Of a stretch of DNA of 64,000 nt, positions 60,659 through 64,000 are shown one piece after another. This stretch comes from Anaerolineae bacterium (GTDB lineage: Bacteria; Chloroflexota; Anaerolineae; JAAEKA01), in assembly GCA_049299095.1 (NCBI GenBank), contig JBAQWV010000143.1, positions 25,000-88,999 of the forward strand. The letters run 5' to 3'. Below the pieces are notes generated by a model. That model worked only from the letters and a program-made list of their open reading frames with translations. It searched no databases and was not told where the DNA came from. The first letter of the stretch is position 1; each line of letters opens with the position of its first letter. The position numbers and the translations under genes are program-made.

Positions 60659-61621
60659 ATGGAATACCGCAATCTGGGCCGTACCGATTTAAAAGTCAGT
60701 GAATTGTGCTTGGGAACGATGCAGTGGGGCTGGACTGCCGATGAAGCCACTGCGTTCGCGGTGATGGATGCCTTTGTCGAGGCGGGTGGCAACTTCATTG
60801 ACACCGCTGACATCTATTCCAACTGGGTGGCAGGCAACCCAGGCGGTGTGTCGGAGGAGATTATTGGCCGCTGGCTGCGCGCTCGCGGCAACCGTGATCA
60901 GATCGTGCTGGCCACCAAGGTGCGCGGCACGATGTGGGAGGGGCCGACTGGCGAAGGCTTGAGCCGCGCCCACATTATGACTGCCGCAGAGAACAGCTTG
61001 CGCCGTCTGCAAACCGATGTGCTCGACTTGTATCAGTCGCACTGGTTCGATGCCAACGTGCCGATTGAGGAAACGCTGCGCGCGTTCGACGATCTGGTGC
61101 GACAGGGTAAGGTGCGCGTTGTGGGGTGTTCAAACTACCCCGCGGATCGTCTGCGCGGGGCCCTCACCGTGAGCATGGAGTTTGGTTTGGCGCGCTACGA
61201 CACGCTTCAGCCGCATTACAGCCTGGTGCATCGTATGGAATTTGAACACGAGCTGCGTGCCCTCTGCCTGCGCGAGAAGATTGGCGTCGTTCCGTACAGC
61301 CCGCTGGCGGGTGGCTTCCTCACAGGTAAATACCGCCGCAACGAACCAATGCCGGACAGCGCGCGCGCCAGCTCGGTGCAGCGCAAATACCTGAACAACG
61401 AAGGCTACACAGTGGTCGAATTGTTGCAGGAGCTGGGCGCGCCGCGTGGCAAGACGGTGGCGCAGATGGCGTTGGGCTGGCAGTTGAGCCAGCCGGTGAT
61501 TACCGCGCCGATCATCGGCGCTAACTCGATCAGCCAACTGAACGACAGCCTGGGTGCGGTGGGGTTGCGTCTGACTAATGCGGAGATGCAGGCGCTGGAT
61601 GCCGCGAGCGCGTGGGCATAG
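60659..61621 (+). CDS. Aldo/keto reductase
   Basis: [31 protein letters not shown], and AKR active-site context. Start trimmed to ATG 60659. Confidence 0.8.
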   Translation: MEYRNLGRTDLKVSELCLGTMQWGWTADEATAFAVMDAFVEAGGNFIDTADIYSNWVAGNPGGVSEEIIGRWLRARGNRDQIVLATKVRGTMWEGPTGEGLSRAHIMTAAENSLRRLQTDVLDLYQSHWFDANVPIEETLRAFDDLVRQGKVRVVGCSNYPADRLRGALTVSMEFGLARYDTLQPHYSLVHRMEFEHELRALCLREKIGVVPYSPLAGGFLTGKYRRNEPMPDSARASSVQRKYLNNEGYTVVELLQELGAPRGKTVAQMALGWQLSQPVITAPIIGANSISQLNDSLGAVGLRLTNAEMQALDAASAWA

Positions 61622-61690
61622 CACCTTTTTTATCACAAAGGCACAAAGATACCCAATAGTTTATGTCTTGGCGTCTTCGTGATAAATTCT
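61622..61690. repeat. Second CACAAAG-type imperfect palindrome, between the convergent AKR and DUF123 genes
   Basis: ttttttatcacaaaggcacaaagataccc ... atgtcttggcgtcttcgtgataaa. Shares cacaaag/ggcacaaagat units with the element at 56824-56888. Confidence 0.45.
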
Positions 61691-61768
61691 GCAGGGCCTT
61701 GTCCTGATTTTTCATCATTAAGGCTTACCGTATGCTTCCGGATCGAGATTCACCTCGTTCCTCGAGAC

Positions 61769-62227
61769 TTAGCAAGCCTCCCTATGCAACGCGTACCAGC
61801 GCGCCTCCCACTTTTTCACCATCCAATCAATCCATTCTCCCGCGCTGACTGTCGCGCCGAGGCGAAACAGGTGCCCGGCGCAACGACAATCGGAAGCGCC
61901 GAAGCCGGAGATGATTGCCGGCGCGTGCGCGGCCAACTCACCGGCCCAGGTACATTCCAGCCGCGCGGCGCTCACCTGCACCAGCGCGCCAAGCAGCTCA
62001 GCTTGCGGCAACAGATGATCAATGTGCCAGTGGGGTTTGGTCGTGCCGCGCGCGTGACGTCCGACGCGCGCAGCAAGACCGCCCGGCCCCAGTGCGCTGC
62101 CAACATACGCATACACGCCCGCGGGGAAGCTATAGCGCCGCGACCGGCCAATCGGAAAATCCGTCAGCGCGGGCAGCGTGAACAGCACGATGTAAGACCC
62201 GCCCGAGCGGGGGAGAGCATGGAACAT
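61769..62227 (-). CDS. DUF123-family (GIY-YIG-like fold) protein
   Basis: GVYAYVGSALGPGGLAARVGRHARGTTKPHWHIDHL matches the DUF123 conserved core (YxYxGSA...R..RH...HWHIDYL). Confidence 0.55.
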   Translation of the reverse strand: MFHALPRSGGSYIVLFTLPALTDFPIGRSRRYSFPAGVYAYVGSALGPGGLAARVGRHARGTTKPHWHIDHLLPQAELLGALVQVSAARLECTWAGELAAHAPAIISGFGASDCRCAGHLFRLGATVSAGEWIDWMVKKWEARWYALHREAC

Positions 62228-62307
62228 GAGAGAGATTGTACGTGCAACGCGGCTGCACGCAAGCTTCCCTGAACAGATTGCACGAATGGGCGGGCAATGG
62301 TATCTTT

Positions 62308-62393
62308 AGAATTCGGAAGTGCCTGCACATCTCAAGAACCGGTTAGCATCTCACAGCGATACTTATGACACAATCTGAGCCACTTCCGAATTC
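62308..62393. repeat. Palindromic element with 13-bp terminal inverted repeats (GAATTCGGAAGTG core) in the divergent DUF123/argH spacer
   Basis: gaattcggaagtg (62308-62320) ... cacttccgaattc (62381-62393), perfect, flanking 60 nt. Same core as the 22125-22170 element. Confidence 0.5.
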
Positions 62394-62438
62394 ACGATAA
62401 GCCGTTTCTTAGAGCGAATTCCACACCATGAGGACCGT

Positions 62439-63830
62439 ATGCCGGTAAATTCTCCCACCCTTTGGGGCGGGCGCTTCGAGCAAGCAGCCAGCCCCCTGTT
62501 GCGTCAATTCAACGATTCACTGCCCTTTGACCAGCGCCTGTGGCTGGAGGACATCCTGGGCAGTCAGGCCTACGCGGCCGCGCTGGCGGATGCCGGACTG
62601 CTGACGGCTGCCGAGCGTGACACTTTGCACACTGGCCTCGCTCAGGTGGCTGACGAGTGGCGCAGCGGGCAGTTCGTGCTGGCGGCAGGCGACGAAGACA
62701 TTCACACCGCGGTGGAGCGTCGTTTGGGCGAGATCGTCGGGCCGGTGGCGGGCAAGCTGCACACCGGTCGCAGCCGCAACGATCAGGTGGCAACCGATCA
62801 ACGTTGGTGGGTGCGCAACCGGATTGACGAGTTGGACACGGCGCTGGGGGGGCTGCTGCAAACCGCGCTGGACCGTGCCGCGGCAGACATAGAGGTGCTG
62901 ATGCCGGGCTACACCCACTTGCAGCCCGCACAGCCGATTCGCTGGTCGCACTGGCTTCTTAGCCATGCCTGGGCGTGGCAGCGCGATCGCGAGCGCCTGG
63001 CCGAGCTGCGCGCGCGGGTCAATCGCTGTCCGCTGGGTGCGGGGGCGCTAGCCGGCACCCCCTTCACCGTGGATCGCACCGCACTGGCTGCAATACTCGG
63101 CTTTGCCGCGCCGATCCCCAACAGCATGGACGCGGTGCGCGACCGCGATTACATCGTCGAGTTCCTCGCCTGGGCCGCACTGCTGGGCAGTCATCTCAGC
63201 CAGTTGGCCGAGGATTTGATTCTGTGGAACAGTAAGGAATTTGGCTTTGTGCAGGTCGCCGATCAGTGGAGCACCGGCAGCAGCTTGATGCCGCAGAAAC
63301 GTAACCCCGATTCGCTGGAGCTGCTGCGCGGCAAAGCGGGGCGGCTGACGGGCAACCTCACGTCCGCGCTGGTGATGCTGAAGGGCCTGCCCGCGGCATA
63401 CAACAAGGATTTGCAGGAGGACAAGGAACCGCTTTTCGACAGCGTGGATACGCTGCTGCTGGCTTTGCCCGTGGCTGCGGGAGTGTTAGGCACGTTGACA
63501 ATTCATCCGCAGCGGATGCGCGATGCGCTGGTGGATGAGATGCTCGCCACTGATCTGGCCGATTATTTGGTGCGTCGTGGCGTGCCCTTCCGTCAAAGCC
63601 ATGAGCTGGCCGGGGTGGCCGTGAAGCGCAGCGAGACGCTCGGCGTACCGCTGCGTAGCCTGCCGCTGGAGGAATACGCGGCCATCAGCCCACAGTTTGG
63701 CGCGGACGTGGCCGCGGTCTTCGATTTCGAGCGGTCGGTGGAACAACGCGCGGCTATCGGCGGCACAGCCAGGGCTGCGGTCGAGGCACAGATTGCCGCA
63801 CTGCAAGCCTTGGTGGTGCGGATCACGTAG
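62439..63830 (+). CDS. argH: Argininosuccinate lyase
   Basis: Fumarate-lyase signature GSSLMPQKRNPD. N-terminal LWGGRFE. 463 aa. Confidence 0.9.
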   Translation: MPVNSPTLWGGRFEQAASPLLRQFNDSLPFDQRLWLEDILGSQAYAAALADAGLLTAAERDTLHTGLAQVADEWRSGQFVLAAGDEDIHTAVERRLGEIVGPVAGKLHTGRSRNDQVATDQRWWVRNRIDELDTALGGLLQTALDRAAADIEVLMPGYTHLQPAQPIRWSHWLLSHAWAWQRDRERLAELRARVNRCPLGAGALAGTPFTVDRTALAAILGFAAPIPNSMDAVRDRDYIVEFLAWAALLGSHLSQLAEDLILWNSKEFGFVQVADQWSTGSSLMPQKRNPDSLELLRGKAGRLTGNLTSALVMLKGLPAAYNKDLQEDKEPLFDSVDTLLLALPVAAGVLGTLTIHPQRMRDALVDEMLATDLADYLVRRGVPFRQSHELAGVAVKRSETLGVPLRSLPLEEYAAISPQFGADVAAVFDFERSVEQRAAIGGTARAAVEAQIAALQALVVRIT

Positions 63831-63841
63831 TAAATCCTCCC

Positions 63842-64000
63842 ATGACAGTTATCTGCGAAATCGAAGCCAAAACTCTGCTGTCCACAGCCACACGGCCTGA
63901 TAGCTGGTTTGGTATCAAATACACTATGAACCTCTATCGCGGCTGTCAGCATCGCTGCATCTACTGCGACAGCCGCAGTCTGTGCTATCACATTGATGAT
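63842..64000 (+). CDS. Radical SAM protein (SplB / DNA-repair-photolyase-like), 3'-truncated by window edge
   Basis: ATG 63842. CQHRCIYCDSR (CxxxCxxC) radical-SAM cluster motif. The ORF runs off the window. Confidence 0.5.
   Translation, partial: MTVICEIEAKTLLSTATRPDSWFGIKYTMNLYRGCQHRCIYCDSRSLCYHIDD

Overview
A 64 kb window of high-GC (about 60-65%) bacterial chromosome, dense in genes with short intergenic gaps. Pro/Thr-rich linkers, an F420-type LLM oxidoreductase, an O-antigen-ligase/TPR fusion and a T-box leader on valS suggest a Chloroflexota-like monoderm; this is inference only. Most content is housekeeping or envelope metabolism: valS behind a T-box leader, argJ/argH, aroD, nnr, arfB, peptidases PepF and M24, a Ca-type P-type ATPase, a Crp regulator, a Rieske/cyt b/2x dihaem cyt c operon, an envelope-glycan cluster, a Lon-like protease coupled to two GT4 transferases, and tandem ferredoxins. 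Several regions look accessory or atypical: (1) a 5' cassette of an unknown protein, a small possible HAS-barrel protein and a HerA/FtsK-class ATPase, which may be a DNA-processing or defence module; (2) a WXG100-fused polymorphic-toxin-like gene with a putative immunity gene, a lipoprotein and a VWA-TM-FHA membrane protein; (3) a fusion protein carrying an acyl-ACP-reductase (AAR)-like domain; (4) a lower-GC island with an Asp-less LuxR-type response regulator, an amidase-domain gene interrupted at an A9 tract, and a secreted protein; (5) two families of short palindromic intergenic elements, one with a GAATTCGG core and one built from CACAAAG units, plus several textbook TTGACA-17-TATAAT promoters and intrinsic terminators. 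No rRNA, tRNA, CRISPR array, transposase or integrase was recognised. The ORF track calls alternative start codons as M and over-extends some 5' ends; several starts were trimmed by RBS and frame inspection.
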